64,000 nucleotides of DNA from Pecten maximus (Eukaryota). Under the pieces are notes generated by a model. That model was given only the letters and a program-made list of their open reading frames with translations. It had not been told where the DNA came from and did not search any database. Positions 28,105-42,700 of this stretch are shown here, piece after piece (within the stretch, counting starts at the first letter, position 1; each line of letters starts with the position of its first letter). Both the position numbers and the translations under genes were made by a program. Where the stretch lies: positions 17,608,001 to 17,672,000 of the forward strand of contig NC_047025.1 in the NCBI RefSeq assembly GCF_902652985.1. The letters run 5' to 3'.

Positions 28105-30112
28105 ATGTTCAAGAACACATTTCAGAGTGGCTTCTTATCAATACTATACAGTATTGGAAGTAAACCCTTACAGATTTGGGACAAAAAGGTAAGGAAATCA
28201 TCTTTGTGTGAAAGACAGTTATCAGTCAATCGCCATAGTGACATGGCTGGCAACAAGTGCATCGGGTGCTTCTTTACTTCATATTTAATTGATTGATGTT
28301 AATAATGAACTGAATTATTTCACGTCAACATTGCTGACATACTTGTGTTTATATAGAAATTTGCCAATCGGTATTTTAATCGACGTTAAATGAAAAATGA
28401 TGCGATTTTACATAAACGGAAGTGGCATTCGCACTGTTTTCATTGTGTATTGCTTACATTGTATGGCTTCGTGTACAATAGTTTAAGCCGTACACACATT
28501 TTATGTCTATGTCCTGATTAAATAATTAAGCTAATCAATTAAAATCAAAAGAATGAATGTATAAACATTGATTTAATGATGAAAAATTACATACTTGCCC
28601 TGGCACGTAGACTAATTTGCACACGTGTGCTCCATCGGCAGGTACTGTTAAGATTTTGTTAAAATGTAGCATTATAAATTTAACATTTAACATCGATTTA
28701 ATAATATTAACGCGTTGTCATTATGTTTATCACGAGTATTTTCAAGTTATTTACCATTTAACCGATGAAATGTACGGTAATGTTCCCGTTGCTATGATGT
28801 GATCCGCCATTTGCAATTTTTTGTTTATCTCGTTTTCGACAACCTTTTGAAATATTTTGTTTTAATTTGAGTTATTATTGCTTTTAGGTGCGAAATGGTC
28901 ACATAAAACGTATCACAGACAACGACATCCAGTCCCTAGTATTAGAAATTGTTGGTACAAATGTAAGGTAAGTGTCAATATATCAAAATTATTATATCGG
29001 AGAGTTATCTCCCCTGTAGTTAAAGATGTAAAATAATGGGTCTTCATACCATTAAATTAAGACAGTACTTAGTTGCTGCAGAACGTGATTGTATGATATT
29101 GTGAATGAAATAGTTCATTATGAAGACTTTCAAAGTTTACACACATGTGTATCAGAAATATATTTTGAAAGCTCTATTAGATGAATAAAAAGAGACAGGA
29201 TACATCTAGTTATTTTACATTTAAGTTTTTAATTATCTATGAATTGTTATCTGTTATATAATGAGCATTGATATCATTTACAGCACAACATACATCACAT
29301 GTCCAGCAGATCCAAAGAAAACACTGGGTATCAAACTCCCATTCTTGGTCATGATCATCAAAAATCTCAAGAAATATTTCACATTTGAAGTACAGGTGCG
29401 TAATTATTGCAAGATTTATACTTTAAATTTAGATTCAGCAGGGCTTTGTGAGGTTTTCATTTGATTCCCTTTCAAAACACAGAAACTAAATATTTATTTT
29501 CTTTCATATACATATAATTGACAAATAGCAATTTTTCGATCAATAAAATAATAGCCTTTATCTTGTTTCATTTGTTTCCAAAGATTTAATTATATATTAT
29601 TTTTATGATATCAGGTTCTAGATGACAAAAATGTGCGGAGGCGATTCCGAGCAAGTAACTACCAGAGCACAACGAGAGTGAAACCTTTCATCTGTACCAT
29701 GCCAATGAGGTTGGATGACGGCTGGAATCAGATTCAGTTCAACTTGTCAGATTTCACACGAAGAGCTTATGGAACAAATTACATTGAAACACTTAGGGTT
29801 CAGGTGAGTTTAGATTGAGTTTTGATCTTGGATATTTTGAGAATAAAAAATTACACTAGAACAACAGATCCCTGTAAGAATGAAATAATGTGATTGTTTG
29901 ACACATTCATATCATATGGTTGGAAAATTGTATATTGATTGTACAAATAAGACATTATCACTAACCATTTCTTTTTATTTGTATTTCAGATTCATGCAAA
30001 CTGCAGAATCCGTCGTGTGTACTTCTCAGACAGACTTTATTCAGAAGATGAATTACCAGCAGAATTCAAATTATACCTACCAGTACAAGCAAAGGGGGGA
30101 GTTAGTAAATAA
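28105..30112 (+). CDS. CFAP20: Cilia- and flagella-associated protein 20 (BUG22/GTL3), 195 aa as read through to TAA at 30112
   Basis: Exons 28105-28188, 28888-28967, 29284-29395, 29615-29803, 29990-30112. Translation [39 protein letters not shown]...[17 protein letters not shown]...[37 protein letters not shown]...[31 protein letters not shown] is unmistakable. The last few residues are uncertain (possible donor at 30101). Confidence 0.97.
28229..28242 (-). promoter_or_regulatory. Candidate RFX X-box in the first coding intron of CFAP20
   Basis: GTCACTATGGCGAT on the minus strand fits the relaxed X-box palindrome; it lies ~125 bp after the ATG of a ciliary gene. Confidence 0.4.
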
Positions 30113-32414
30113 CATCATTCTGACATTAAACATTGACATTGTATATATATATGCAACAAATTTCAAAAATGCTACTCAAGAACTAGAAGAACAACAATGT
30201 GAAAAGAAATTAGGAAGATGAAATATATCGAGCAGTATGATCATCGGGTATGGCTGGAATCGAATGTCATTGAGCAGTAATTCTGCCAGTGTTACACATA
30301 TTCGGTATGGAATAAGGATGCAAAAGATGGTACCCGAACATAGTGCTGTCTTGTAAACTGAACAAATACCAATGCCATGGCCATTCTGAAGTGTTCATAT
30401 TACATTTATTTCCATGTACCTGCCCGTTGTCGAGTGCTACTGAAGGCACTGAACAGCCATATTGAAACTTGTCCTTTCTCCACAAAATGAACAGAACAAT
30501 CTCAGGAATACTTTCGGCAAGCAACTGCAGTTAATTGGAGAATGACTATCATGATAATGCTGAATTTGGAATAAGTGAACTTCCGCCAGAAGAAGGAAAT
30601 TAGATAATTGTTGGAATAAAGATAAATAGGAATGAATCTAGGTGTCTTGTATTCAGTTGGGGATATGTTGCAATATATACCAGATTACTTGTTAAAACTT
30701 GTTTAACGTATGTCCCAACGTTTCATCACAGAAAAATCTCATTACAATCCAAGTCATGGTAATATTTCAAATGTTACTACACATTATGATCAACTTGTAA
30801 ATACTTATATAGTAAATAAATTGTATATTGATGTACATACATGCCAAATATACTACTCGCTCATATTTGTTGTTTTTCAATAGCAGATTCTTACTTGGCT
30901 TTTGCAGTCCCAAGCACTTTGTCTTTGATGGGGAAAATCCTTTCTTTTATTGAAATATACATTTTAGTTAAAAACAAAAGGAAAAAACTTCATTACAAAA
31001 CCCAAACAAAGTGATCAATGTAAGTTGAAAACATGAGCATTAAACTTTCAAACAAACCATGAAAGTTTTTATATAGCTTATTGGTCAAAGTGCTTGTGCT
31101 GTAAATTTCAATACTAAAATCTGTTTTACCATCAGTTATATGGCTACTGATGCACGAAGATAACAATTTTAAACGCTAAAAAAACCCTTAAAATGGTTTC
31201 TATATCAATAGATTAATCTGTGGGAGAAAGTGACTCGACTTCAAATATACATATTTCATTTTTGTCTTGGTCAAAATATCATGAAAGGGAGACTATGAGG
31301 TTACTAATCTAATGATGACATAAACATTGCACTTTGGCATTTAGATCTATTGCTCCAAATGTATAAATTAGTGTTGATCCGATTAATCAAAGATTAGTCG
31401 TTATACCTCTATGAATAATCGATCATGGTTGGAATATAACATGGAATTTTTCAAAGTTTATAGCCAACTTCAATAATTAATAAATGAACAATATCACTGG
31501 TAAATTGAAATAAGAATGCATTAAAACAGCATTTTAAAAGATTGCTAGATGCCTTAAAACACATCCACAACATTTTCCCCTATTTTGTTAATGTTTTGGC
31601 TGATATTTCCCTTTCTGTTAACTGGTCATCCATCATTCAAGAAATGTTGATGATCGATCATGAAAATTATATAGTGATTCCCAAAACTAGTATAAATTCT
31701 TACTTTAATCAAACTTGGTATCAAATAGTGGACATTCCAAGAAAGCCATCACACAGAATCATGATCTAGTAAATAGTAATTAGGGATGCTGAGAAACTGC
31801 GCTTTTAAAAGTTATTCTCAGAAGATACCAATGTTATTTCAACCAAACCTGGAATATATTTACATTGTTGTACGAGCATCTCAACCCACCAGTTCCAAAT
31901 ATTGGAGAAAGTTCTGTAATGAATAAGAAGTATTTTCTTCTCATTTCTCTGGAAGAGTGATGTGTTGGGTGAAAATGTCATATTTTATAGGCCAATTTTG
32001 AGGAATTGGGAGGTGCTGACATATCACTTCATCAACTTGGATAATACATTTTACAAAGTTGCTTACTATAGTGAGGCAGATGAGACATGTTTTATGCTCA
32101 ATTCTTGTTTTACAACAAATATATCATAACTTAATTATTTCATAATGCAGTCATATTTTTTATCAAAATAATTTGCTGTATTTGCAATTGGAAATATTTC
32201 CAAGAAAGTTGGTAATGATGACACTAAGAACTTCTATACTGGATAGACATGAACATATTTCAATAATACTCTGCAGAGATTAAATTGTACCATTACATCA
32301 ATAACAAAATCAATTATAAGAAATGTATGACCAATTTCATTCCAATAATATATGGCATCAGAAAATTCAGAGGAAATTTTTGAAATAATTTATCTCTAAA
32401 AGATCTAACACTAA

Positions 32415-33060
32415 CTATAGTAACCATTCTCTGATCCGAGTATGACTAGGACAGCTACATAAAACCTGGGACATAGCTATGGTAACCATTCTCTGTTCCG
32501 AGTATAACTAGGACAGCTAGATAGTAACCCGGGACATAGCTATAGTAACCATTCTCTGTTCCGAGTATAACTAGGACAGCTAGATAGTAACCTGGGACAT
32601 AGCTATGGTAACCATTCTCTGTTCCGAGTATAACTAGGACAGCCAGATAGTAACCCGGGACATAGCTATGGTAACCATTCTCTGTTCCGAGTATAACTAG
32701 GACAGCCAGATAGTAACCCGGGACATAGCTATGGTAACCATTCTCTGTTCCGAGTAGAACTAGGACAGCCAGATAGTAACCCAGGACATAGCTATGGTAA
32801 CCATTCTCTGTTCCGAGTATAACTAGGACAGCCAGATAGTAACCCGGGACATAGCTATGGTAACCATTCTCTGTTCCGAGTATAACTAGGACAGCTAGAT
32901 AAAAACTGGGACCATTCTCTGTTCCGAGTATAACTAGGACAGCTAGATAGTAACCTGGGACATAGCTATGGTAACCATTCTCTGTTCCGAGTATAACTAG
33001 GACAGCTAGATAAAACCTGGGACAGTAAATATGGTATCTAGTTTTTGTCCTGAGTATAAC
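32415..33060. repeat. 63-bp minisatellite (~10 copies)
   Basis: Tandem CCATTCTCTGTTCCGAGTATAACTAGGACAGCCAGATAGTAACCCGGGACATAGCTATGGTAA; degenerate copies continue to ~33580. Confidence 0.95.
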
Positions 33061-33067
33061 ATGTAAA

Positions 33068-33295
33068 CTTTATTTATTTTACAACTACATATTGGGAAAC
33101 AAGTAATACCAACTTATATTAATCAGTCTCATTGGCCCATATGGAAGCACGTGAGAGGTCTTAATGTGGGAGGAAACCAGAGAAAAACCCACATTGTCGG
33201 GCAGGTGACCTCATACCTTTTCATGTTGGATCGAGGAATCGAACCCTGAACACCTAAGTGAAAGACAAGTGTGTTACCACTGTGCCACCCGGGCA
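33068..33295 (-). mobile_element. tRNA-derived SINE
   Basis: TTTA tail; GGAGGAAACC...GAAAAACCCAC core; B-box-like GAATCGAACCC and A-box-like ACCACTGTGCCACC on +. Same family at 41600-41830 (+) and 42180-42350 (-). Confidence 0.7.
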
Positions 33296-33318
33296 CAACT
33301 AGGAAAGCTAGGTTAAAC

Positions 33319-33407
33319 TAGCCCGAGTTTCCTCTGGCCCTGATACCATGTCTGGTGTAGGGGCCCTATACCAGACATGGTGTCAGGGCCAGAGAAAACT
33401 CGGGCTA
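33319..33407. mobile_element. 89-bp palindromic mini-MITE, hAT-like
   Basis: TAGCCCGAG...CTCGGGCTA near-perfect palindrome (3 arm differences), flanked by GGTTAAAC/GGTTTAAC (8-bp TSD with one mismatch). Confidence 0.8.
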
Positions 33408-36400
33408 GGTTTAACCTGAGACCGAAGCTATGATAACTGCCCTCTCTGACCCAGCATTACTAGGACAGTTAAACAAGACCTGGGACTAGCTTCTGTACCA
33501 TTCTCTGTCCCATTTAGGTAAAACTTGGGGTAATAGCTATAATGACAGCTATCTAAATATAACTAGGACAGCTGGGTACATTAGCTACTAAATTAGTATA
33601 TATCAGACGAGTTATGGCTGATAATCGGTATTATCAAGACTAGTTTATGTGTGGACCCAGCAATGCTTAATTTTTAAATGTTTCTGATTTTAAAATAGGA
33701 TCGGCCAATATGAATGTTTAAATAAAACAAAGAAACCTTCGGATTAGGGTGTTAGGTGACTCTGGACAGCCACTGCATGTTATGTTAAGATAGTGACGAA
33801 CAAAACGGTCAATGGCATGAAAACTTATCGACGTTAATTTACTTATAAATCTCATGTTCAAGTATATAGGTAACTACTAAAATCGCACACTTCACTTTTA
33901 ATCTGATTTAACTGGAGACATTTAATGTACACGTTTTATGCATTGAAAACAGAAAATCATGCAACCGAAATTGTAGGAAATTAACTTTTGTATTTTTTTT
34001 TAATGAATACCAAGCTTTACGTGATTTAAGCTTACAACCACACATTTGACATTAGTTATGGACGTATTATAGTTAATAGTAACATGATGCATTAGATATC
34101 ATTCTTTAACCGGAGGACAAACTGGCAGTCTGACAATCGAGGAAACAGAGGTATAACTGTTAGGCCGTGTGTTCGAGAACAGCTACACAGTATCTGACTG
34201 TATACATGTAGTGTGTGTAATATATATTGACAGTTTCCTTATCTTAATTGTACGGTAGCACGTTCACTCTGTGGACACCACAGGTTCTCCCTGCTTACAA
34301 CACGACTTATGTACACATACAGGTACGAACCGGCACTTCTATTTTGTTGTCAAGTAGAGAAACATCAATGTGTATATTTAAATCACAAATTGAGCTGATT
34401 TAGTGGTTCTAAGATAACGTCTTTATGTATAAAGGAGCATTTCTTGGAAAACATATTAAAAACAAACGCCATAACACTTTGATACAGAAGCCTTGAATGG
34501 TCGTGTCGGTTGGGTATGTTCCTTTGTTTTGATAATTTCTGATATGCTGTACAGTATAGGTTTTTGATTCTCAATCTTGCACGTACGTTGGCCTAAGTGT
34601 TGGTTATAGTCCAAGTGTGAAATTAATATATGACATAATTCGTGTCGACTCACTGAGCATTGGTTTTTAACCTCGACCCTATGGTCGACCTCATTTTAAA
34701 TGCCAGACAGTCTATTGTTAAATAAATGCATTTAAAAAAAAGATGAATTGATTTTTGACAGAATTTCACAAGTTGTAACGAACTGTTTCATTATAAACAG
34801 AGATTCACACTATTAAATATATATGCTCCTTACAATGTGTACTGACGATGACTGTCTTATTGATGTTGATGGCGATGGATATTACTTATGATGTTTGTTA
34901 TTGAAGATGATTGCTTCTAATATTAAATATGTTGCTATGTAGATTATGCATTAGCCAAATAAAGATAAACTAAAGATTTATTATTATCATTAAACTGTAT
35001 AGAGAGCGGAATGATCCCTACAGTGTCAATGATCCATGTAAAAATAAATTGAGCCTTCATTAAAAGTTCACCAAGATATAGTTATTACAATAACCATACG
35101 ATACCATGGTAACACATTTCTCTTGAGTTTATAAAAGCATGTCTGTTTTATTTGCTTATTGCTTTGTATCAGTATAGTCAACAGATCGGATAACTATGGG
35201 GCCGTGATGTAGCACCTATCACCAGGCACTATCTGGTCAGGATACAGCTTGGATACAGGGACTTGAAACCGATTCCCAATCCATGGTCCATATATGTATT
35301 ATATATAAACTATATATGGAACTGTGTTGGAAACTGGTGTCAAACTGTGGGCTCGGGGCGAATTAACAATTTCCTCGTACAGCATATCGGCTTTGACTAG
35401 GTTGGAAATCAGACAAATAAGTTCTTTTATTAAAAACAATTATAATTATCAGTAAATGTACACCCTATTAAAAATTAATATTAATTTAAAAGTGTATGTT
35501 ATACTGTGGTACTTTTTTTTTAAAGCTTTACATGTCATAGAATAAATAGTATAAAACAACATACATTTATTACATTCAGAACGAGTAATTTCCTGATTTA
35601 TTTATTAACTATCCAATCCCTTAACTAAAAATCGATCGTGCTCATTCTTGACAGCAACACGTGCAGTGTATAGTGTTTACGTTACTATGGAGATCAGTAT
35701 GCAGAGCGGGTCTGATTGGGATCAGTGTGATATGTCAGTCGCCTAGCTGCTGTTATTGTCTCCTGTAATTTAAAATGATTAATAAACAAAACTACTGTTT
35801 TGGAGTTCACTTTTAATTGTCTTGCACATTTGGTGACGAGTACGATACATAGCAGAATGGAAATCAAACGGTATTAGACTGTTAACCAGACTCTGTATCA
35901 ATCTTGTCGTAAAAGGCAGATAGCTAGGTCGTTGTGTATCCTTACCTACCAATAAACAGTTTACATATGTTGCGTGCGTGCACGTACATATGTAGAGAAA
36001 CGCTTGGGACGTCTGAATTGTAAATATATAATAACATGAGTTTAAATAATCAATCAAAAGGATGAGTAACAGGAAGTCTTTGATGATTTCCCCTCGTCAC
36101 AAGTTCGCGTGGATTCGTTCATCTGGGTATGATCCCATCAAAATGGGGGGAAAAAAAAAAAGATTTTGATTCACCAAATAAGTATCAGATATCGGATTCA
36201 CCTTACATATTTGAAATCAATATATCTTGAGTCACAGCGAGGGAGTCGACAGTCAGAATAGATCTACTTATACAAAGTTAATTTGTTAACTGTTAGGCCC
36301 AGAAATAAAACAAAAACGAACCCACACTATTTGATTTCTTTCCCTGGTTGATATCGAATTCATCTGGTTGATTGAAGTGTATACTTTATACGCATAGTAT

Positions 36401-36545
36401 GCAAAGATAAATGCATCGTGGGTATTGTTTATGATGTTTAGTAAACTCATGATATCATGCTCAAAGCTCTTTGTTTACGGTATCCAGGAAGCAGAGACAA
36501 GACAGGACTCCTACTCGCACATGTGTAGTTGTTTACGTTAACAGA

Positions 36546-36563
36546 GGCCACGCCCACTTCCGG
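36546..36563 (+). promoter_or_regulatory. GC-box (SP/KLF) plus ETS motif upstream of the ligase-like gene
   Basis: GGCCACGCCC abutting CACTTCCGG, ~150 bp before the ATG, in a locally CpG-richer region. Confidence 0.5.
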
Positions 36564-36710
36564 TCTAGGGATACGACTGGTGTTGCACAGTTACTCGAGC
36601 GTAGTAGGCAGACGTGGGTTCAAATTATTTTGTATAATCAAGGATTGCATCACTGGAAGTAATGCAAAATTTGGCGGACACAGATCAACATCTGATACAA
36701 GTAAAGTGAG

Positions 36711-39700
36711 ATGGCCTCCTCTGGAACGGGAGACCATGATCAACTCCGGCAGTCCATCGTAGAGAAGTTGGACGGGAATCCGTGTTATAAAGAGACCGAT
36801 GTGTTCCTGAAATCACTTTTTGAAAGTTCGACATCGAAGCGAAATAAGAAGGACCACGGACAGGCTGAAAAGTATGTTGCTTTCTTTCTGCCAATGACTT
36901 CATTTAGAACATTGCATGAACGCGACTAGTGGAAGGGAAGTAACTCTAATGCTGTACTTGGTAACCAATATATACTTTAGATCTGCCATAAAATAATTTT
37001 GGAATGACAAATTTTAGACTCATCGAAACATTGAATGGGTTGACAGGTATAAAGGACAGTAGAGTGAGTTACACCCTATATATTTTATTGTATTTGTTCG
37101 AATTTTAAATAATATATATATTTAAAAGTGTATGTATTTTATCAGAGACATATATATATATGTCTCTGATTTAATTAATATATGGTTAAATAAAAACTTT
37201 GTGTACATTTGTCATTTATATTTATAACGTCATCATTGCTTTCATATATCTTATGTTAGGTGGTTGTTTTGGGCACGACATGAATCCAAGCTCAGGTGTG
37301 TGAGAGCCAGCGTCCCTGTAGGTGTGTTGCCAGAAGGAATAGAGGGAGAATTGGTGGATGTCAAGGTGTTTTCTAGAGGGCCAGACGATGCGATATATGA
37401 CAACAATGACCTCATCAGACGCAAGGTATTTTGCTCACAAAGTCTCTAAACACAAAGTCTCTCAACACAAGGCATACCCCACCTGACAAAGTCTATAAAC
37501 ACACAAGGTATACCCCACCTGACAAAGTGTATAAACACACAAGGTATACCTACCTGACAAAGTCTATAAACACACAAGGTATACCTACGTGACAAAGTCT
37601 ATAAACACACAAGGTATACCTACCTGACAAAGTCTATAAACACACAAGGTATACCTACCTGACAAAGTCTATAAACACACAAGGTATACCTACCTGACAA
37701 AGTCTATATACATAAGGTATACCTACCTGACAAAGTCTATAAACACACACAAGGTATACCTACCTGACAAAGTCTATATACATAAGGTATACCTACCTGA
37801 CAAAGTCTATAAACACACAAGGTATACCTACCTGACAAAGTCTATATACATAAGGTATACCTACCTGACAAAGTCTATAAACACACACAAGGTATAACTA
37901 CCTGACAAAGTATACACACAAGGTATACCTACCTGACAAAGTCTATATACACAAGGTATACCTACCTGACAAAGAGTATAAACACACAAGGTATACCTAC
38001 CTGACAAAGTCTATAAACACACAAGGTATACCTACCTGACAAAGTCTATAAACACACAAGGTATACCTACCTGACAAAGTATACACACAAGGTATACCTA
38101 CCTGACAAAGTATACACACAAGGTATACCTACCTGACAAAGTCTATATACACAAGGTATACCTACCTGACAAAGTCTGTAAATGTAAGAGGAGTAGAAAA
38201 ATGCACGGTCATAACAGAGTTTGAACCTGGGACTTCTGAACACTAACCGGATGCTCTACCTGGTCGCCAATGATAGACTCAGTTCAGATTCCAATTCATA
38301 AATAAATAAGGTATACCTCATCTGACAAAGTCTATAAACACACACATAAGGTATACCTACCTGACAAAGTATACACACAAGGTATACCTACCTGACAAAG
38401 TCTATAAACAAGGTATACCTACCTAACAAAGTCTATATACACAAGGTATACCTACCTGACAAAGTCTATAAACACACAAGGTATACCTACCTGACAAAGT
38501 CTATATACACAAGGTATACCTACCTGACAAAGTATACACACAAGGTATACCTACCTGACAAAGTCTATAAACACACAAGGTATACCTACCTGACAAAGTG
38601 TATAAACACACAAGGTATACCTACCTGACAAAGTCTATAAACACACACAAGGTATACCTACCTGACAAAGTGTATAAACACACAAGGTATACCTACCTGA
38701 CAAGTACCCCTGACAAAGTGTATAAACACACAAGATATACCTACCTGACAAAGTCTATAAACACACACAAGGTATACGTACCTGACAAATTCATACACAC
38801 ACAAGCTATACCTAGAATGTGATCTTTTCACATTCTGTCTCTCAATCTGTCTATCCGTCCATGAAGCATTTTGTCCAGTACATATCTCATAATTGTCTTG
38901 TATTTATTTATAGATACTGTATTCAACCCAATAAATACACCTGTCCCTATAAGTGTACCCCAATCTTTTCATAGAAAGAGAATGTGTGCACGAATTGAAA
39001 CATAAAAAAGGTTTTACTCACTGATCTGCCAATATACACTTAGTCTTTCAGACAAAGGACTTCTCATATTCAGTGTTTCTCACAATACTCTGCCCTGTCA
39101 TTTCTTCATGTAGATGATATTATGACCTGATATTTGTAGGTGGCGAGGGGGAACTGTTTTCTCCATCTGACATCGGGAACAGAAACAGGTGTATCATGTG
39201 TCCTCCAGGCCATGAAGAAGTTTACAGGGGGTCTTGGTGATGATGATGACAGAGAGAGTGGAGACACATTCGTCTGGCAGAAATATTTCACTAAAGTATG
39301 TAGAGTACTAGTATCCTGACATCAAGATTTTGAATTTTTCCTGTTGTTGAATCCAAAAAAAAAAAAAAAGTTTTGAAATTTATATGATTGAACTCTACCA
39401 TGGTATTTATTTAAATGAACTATACCATGATATTTATATAACTTAACTATACTAACTGTGATATTTATATAAATTAACTATACTGTGATATTTATATGAA
39501 TTAACTATACTTTGGTATTTATATAAATTAACTATACTGTGATATTTATATAAATTAACTATACTGTGATATTTATATAAATTAACTATACTGTGATATT
39601 TATATTTAAATTAACTATACTGTGATATTTCACTTGTTCTATCATATTAATGAAGAAGGAAATGCTTTGATGATATAAATATGGTTATAGAATCTAGTGT

Positions 39701-42700
39701 GTAAGAGTTTGATATATCCTGTTCATTTTTTATGACCATTGGTGATATAAATATGGCTATAAAAATATAATCTAGATAATCTAGTGTGTAAGAGTTTGAG
39801 ATATCCTGTTCATTTTTTTATGACCAATGACAGAACAGTTATCAGTTCCTTAGGAATATTTGATATTTTGTCACATTAGTCTCTAGATAATGCCTCTGTA
39901 GTCATAGCAACAAGGAAAGCCAATGGAGAAGCAGCACATTTGAGTTGTCGTTTGATTGGTGGAGAGTATGTGTTGTGTGGAGGCTCCAAAAATGTACACA
40001 TGTTGTTCAGAAGAAAAGGTATAACATATTTACTGTATATGTGAAAAAAAGTATAAAATCTATTTTGTACCTATTTTAACAGATAATTATTTATATGTTG
40101 ATTAAAAGTAGAATCACATGGAAAGATTATGATATCTCCAGACAAATTATGTGGGAAAAATGAAGATTCCTGAAAGAAAAAAAAGAAAATTAGTTTTACT
40201 GAATTTTTGTTGAAAGTGTCATGGGAGTTTTCTATGACAGTTTTTATCCATAAAATACCACACTTTTTCTATTAAAATGACTCATACCAGTATATATATA
40301 TACTTATCTTCCTGAAGAGGACATAGCTAAATATGGAGAGCCTCGCTTCAGAATCGCTAGAGAAGTGTGTGCAACGATCATGGATTCCATAGATAAGATG
40401 AAACCAGAGGAAAAGGAGAGGTAAAACACTGATATTATCTCATCCTCTCATGTTACACAAACACAAGATAAAGTTTAATATATTTCTTGAATTTGATGTA
40501 GAAAAAATACCTGAGACTGGATGGAAACTTGGTCATTAATATGTGTTAATTTATTTTGTGTACAGACTGTTGAAGTTCCTGGTGATCAGTCAATATACAG
40601 GTGTGTTTGAAATCCTTGCACCTGACCACCAACATGTCGAAGATCTTTCTTACCTGTCTGGGTAGGTAGAGAGTACTATAGCCAATTGGTCAAAGGGAGA
40701 TAATTAGAAAAAAAATGTGGTATATTTCCAGTACACTTGCTGTTCTTCCCATCTTGAGTAAAGTTATTTTAAGTTTGATAAAAAAATGATATGCCTTCAT
40801 AAATTGTTTGGCAACAAAACTTACAAAAAAGGGCCATGAAAGCAAATTGATTGTTTTGACAACAGAACAATTTTATCACAGTGTAATCTCATGTAATGTC
40901 CGATACAATTCTATCTTCAATATAATCAATGATGTTTTATTGGTCTTTTAAAAAAATTGATATTCAGAAAAAAAGTTACATGGTATTTTAGTTTTATGAA
41001 AAAAAAGTTACATTCTCTTTTAGTTTCATGGATCTGAGAAGACAGGATTTTTTGGGGATCAGTAGGGGAAGGGGAAATATTAAGTCTGTGACTCACAACA
41101 AAATGAAAAAGTTCTAATCTTTGACATTAAATTTGATCAGATTATCTGTTACTGTGAAGTCTGTTACGTTTACATCATAAATATATTACCATAAAATTTT
41201 GTTTACTATGTTTAGCTGTAATTACATGTTTGATGCTCGCTATGAACCTACAGTATCAAAAATCTGAAGGATATTATTGTTGTTTCAGTCCAGAGCTACA
41301 CTTCATCACATGGACACGCTGTGACCTTGACCCGTCAGGAGAGGATGTTGCAGCTGTTCCACCCCACATTGGTATAGAGGTAGGGATAAATTGCTCATAG
41401 TTTTATTTCTATATTTGTCTCACTTTAGTTGGTGATATTGTTGAATTCTATGGTTTGTCAACAATTTGCTTTCTGCTCTGTAAGTTCGAACCTGTATCAA
41501 CAGCTTGATGTTATAGTAGGCAGTACGATTCAGGTACTTATTACTTAGTTCATTTACATAGTCTTACATTTATATTTATTGGGTGGTCGAGTGGACGGGT
41601 GGTCAGATGGTCGGGTGGCATGGTGGAAACGCATTCCCTGTCACCTAGATGGCTGGGGTTTGTTTGCCCGATCAGATGTGAAATGGTATGGGGGTCACCT
41701 GCCTAACCATTTGGGTTTTCACCATGTACTTCGGTTTCCTTCTACACTAAGACCCGCCATTACTTCCTTCTGGGCCCACAGGACTGATTTACATAAGCTG
41801 GTATAACTTGTTTTGGAATTGTTGTAAATGGAAAAAAATTATATTCACTTAATTAAGCAGTAATCTTATTGTAGCACCTTTCGCGTGGGAAGCCTTTCAC
41901 CTAATTATAAAGGTGCTATCAAAGGTAATATAGGAGTTCCACTTCATTGTGTTAAATCTGTTAAAATTTAGTACTAATTATTAGTGTGTCAGAGTTAGTC
42001 TGTTTAGAGTATACGTGTACTTAAATACTGTATGTTAATAGAAATATTTTGTCTCACAGACAACCCGAACCCGCCATGTGCTTGCTGGAAGAGACCTTTT
42101 TATTGTTTTCAGCAAGGAGAGTTACAAACAGGGTGGGACTAATCATAGAGTCGGAGACTGTGACATATATCTGGAATACTACTTTATAGCAAATACATAA
42201 CGGGAAACAAGTAATACAACTTATATTAATCTCTGTCGTTGGCCCTGATGGAAGTATGCAAGGGGTCTTAGTGTGGCAGGAAACCGGAATATCCGGAGAA
42301 ACATATGTGGTCGGGCAGGTGATACTTCAAATACATGTGGTCGGGCAGGTGATACTTCAAATACATGTGCTCTATATTGTGTTTAACTTACTATATGATT
42401 AGTTTATTATTTCTAGACTTTTTATCCCATTCTTTGGACTAACAAGTTGCCGAAATTTTCTGATCAGAAATTAGTGAATTAGATATTTCAGGTGACACGT
42501 CAATATTCTATAGTTCATCTCCTTGATGTCATCAATAGTTTAGATGTGATATGGTTTTCTACAGATAGCTCAAGCTTTAGGTCTGAAGACAGTCAAGTAT
42601 GACCAAGTGGCCATCCCAAACCTGGACAGGAGGATGAAGGAGGTAATGTCTTCAAAGTCGTAATCAGCTAAAAAATATTTACTGTATCTTCATATTCAAC

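Noticed and set aside
32415-33060. CRISPR-like appearance of regular repeats here and in other arrays
   Set aside because: Head-to-tail units with no unique spacers, no cas genes, eukaryotic context.
36471-36903. Overlapping short ORFs around the ligase start
   Set aside because: Only the 36711 frame splices in phase to the downstream exons; an in-frame TAA just upstream supports that ATG.
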